From Bigelowiella natans CCMP2755 (lineage: Eukaryota > Protista > Cercozoa): a stretch of 64,000 nucleotides of DNA. A program made the position numbers and the translations under genes. Shown in pieces: positions 63,401 through 64,000 of this stretch. How positions within the stretch are numbered: the first letter of the stretch is position 1; each line of letters begins with the position of its first letter. The stretch spans positions 1 to 64,000 of the forward strand of contig ADNK01001071.1 of assembly GCA_000320545.1 (NCBI GenBank). Reading direction: 5' to 3'. Under the pieces are notes generated by a model. It was not told the DNA's origin, did no database searches, and saw only the letters and a program-made list of their open reading frames with translations.

Positions 63401-64000
63401 AACCATTTCTTGCTGTTCCTTTCCGATAGTGCGAGTCCTCTTGGGTTGTAGAAGCGTGCATACGTGGCAGCACCATCATAGTAGCCGGCAGTTCCACTCC
63501 CAGCCAACCTTGTGGATAGTCCAGTGCCCATGTTGACCTCATGGATTCTATGGTCGCTCCCAGCGACATACATGATCTGCCTCTCAAAGTCGATTGCACC
63601 TTTACCTCTTACATAGAAACTCGTAGTCTTGAAGACGGTGGAAACGCTCGAACGTCGTCCCCAAACTGGTAGCCTTCGGATAGTTGGCGGACCTATAGGA
63701 ACTCCCGTAGGGCTTTGCGTTGCGACCCTCGTTGGGATATAGATCTTCCGGATACAATTATTTGAGTAGTCAGCGACGTACAGGACAGTTGAGCGGTTTC
63801 GTGTGTCGCAGATGATTCCCCTCGGTCGGTAAAACGAACTGTACAGAGCAGGTCCATCCCTCATTGTCACATAGCGACCTTCCCCTGCGACAGTATTGAC
63901 GATTCCAGTCTTTTGATCGAGCATGCGAATATCATGGTTACTGTACTCGGTGGTGTATAGGTCGGGTGGATTTCTCGTCTTGTCTAGAGCAATTCCCCAC
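46207..64000 (-). CDS. Giant NHL-repeat beta-propeller array protein with Pro/Thr-rich linkers; 5' end lies outside the window
   Basis: About 12 exons, roughly 16 kb coding, made of repeats of type AGSG..G..DG....ARF..P.G+.+D.....LYVAD..N..IR.+D, grouped into ~360-aa units separated by SPT..PT...PT linkers. One apparent frameshift near 59700. Confidence 0.92.
48993..49043. repeat. (CCGCAC)n hexanucleotide repeat next to (TA)n/(CT)n in an intron
   Basis: About 8 direct copies visible. Confidence 0.9.

Noticed and set aside
46400-63600. Plus-strand ORFs of 60-220 aa opposite the NHL gene
   Set aside because: Antisense shadows of long coding exons, with no recognisable domains.

Overview
Intron-rich, microsatellite-rich eukaryotic nuclear DNA. 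Bipartite (hydrophobic leader + Arg/Ser-rich transit) N-termini on two plastid proteins suggest an alga with a secondary plastid, most plausibly a chlorarachniophyte (inference). Genes, assembled by eye from exons so splice coordinates are approximate: a probable partial gene (-), an FG-GAP/NERD1-like membrane protein (+), L-lactate dehydrogenase (-), an ankyrin protein (+), a class II DAHP synthase (-), a small thylakoid protein (+), an NRT2 nitrate transporter (-), an intact Ty3/gypsy LTR retrotransposon (+), an ENT-family transporter (-), a JMJD5/KDM8-like JmjC protein (+), ribosomal protein bL17 (-), a hypothetical protein (+), and the 3' part of a giant (>5,000 aa in window) NHL beta-propeller array protein (-). 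The most unusual object is the retrotransposon. It has three LTR copies, with a 56-nt reverse-transcribed copy of mature, CCA-bearing tRNA-Glu(UUC) between the first two. It also has a compact D-X27-E integrase, an internal copy of the PPT, and a C-terminal domain resembling the DNA N6-adenine methyltransferase module of DIRS elements. Also notable are the giant propeller protein and TGCA/GCATGC/GCTAGC-rich islands that recur downstream of gene 3' ends.
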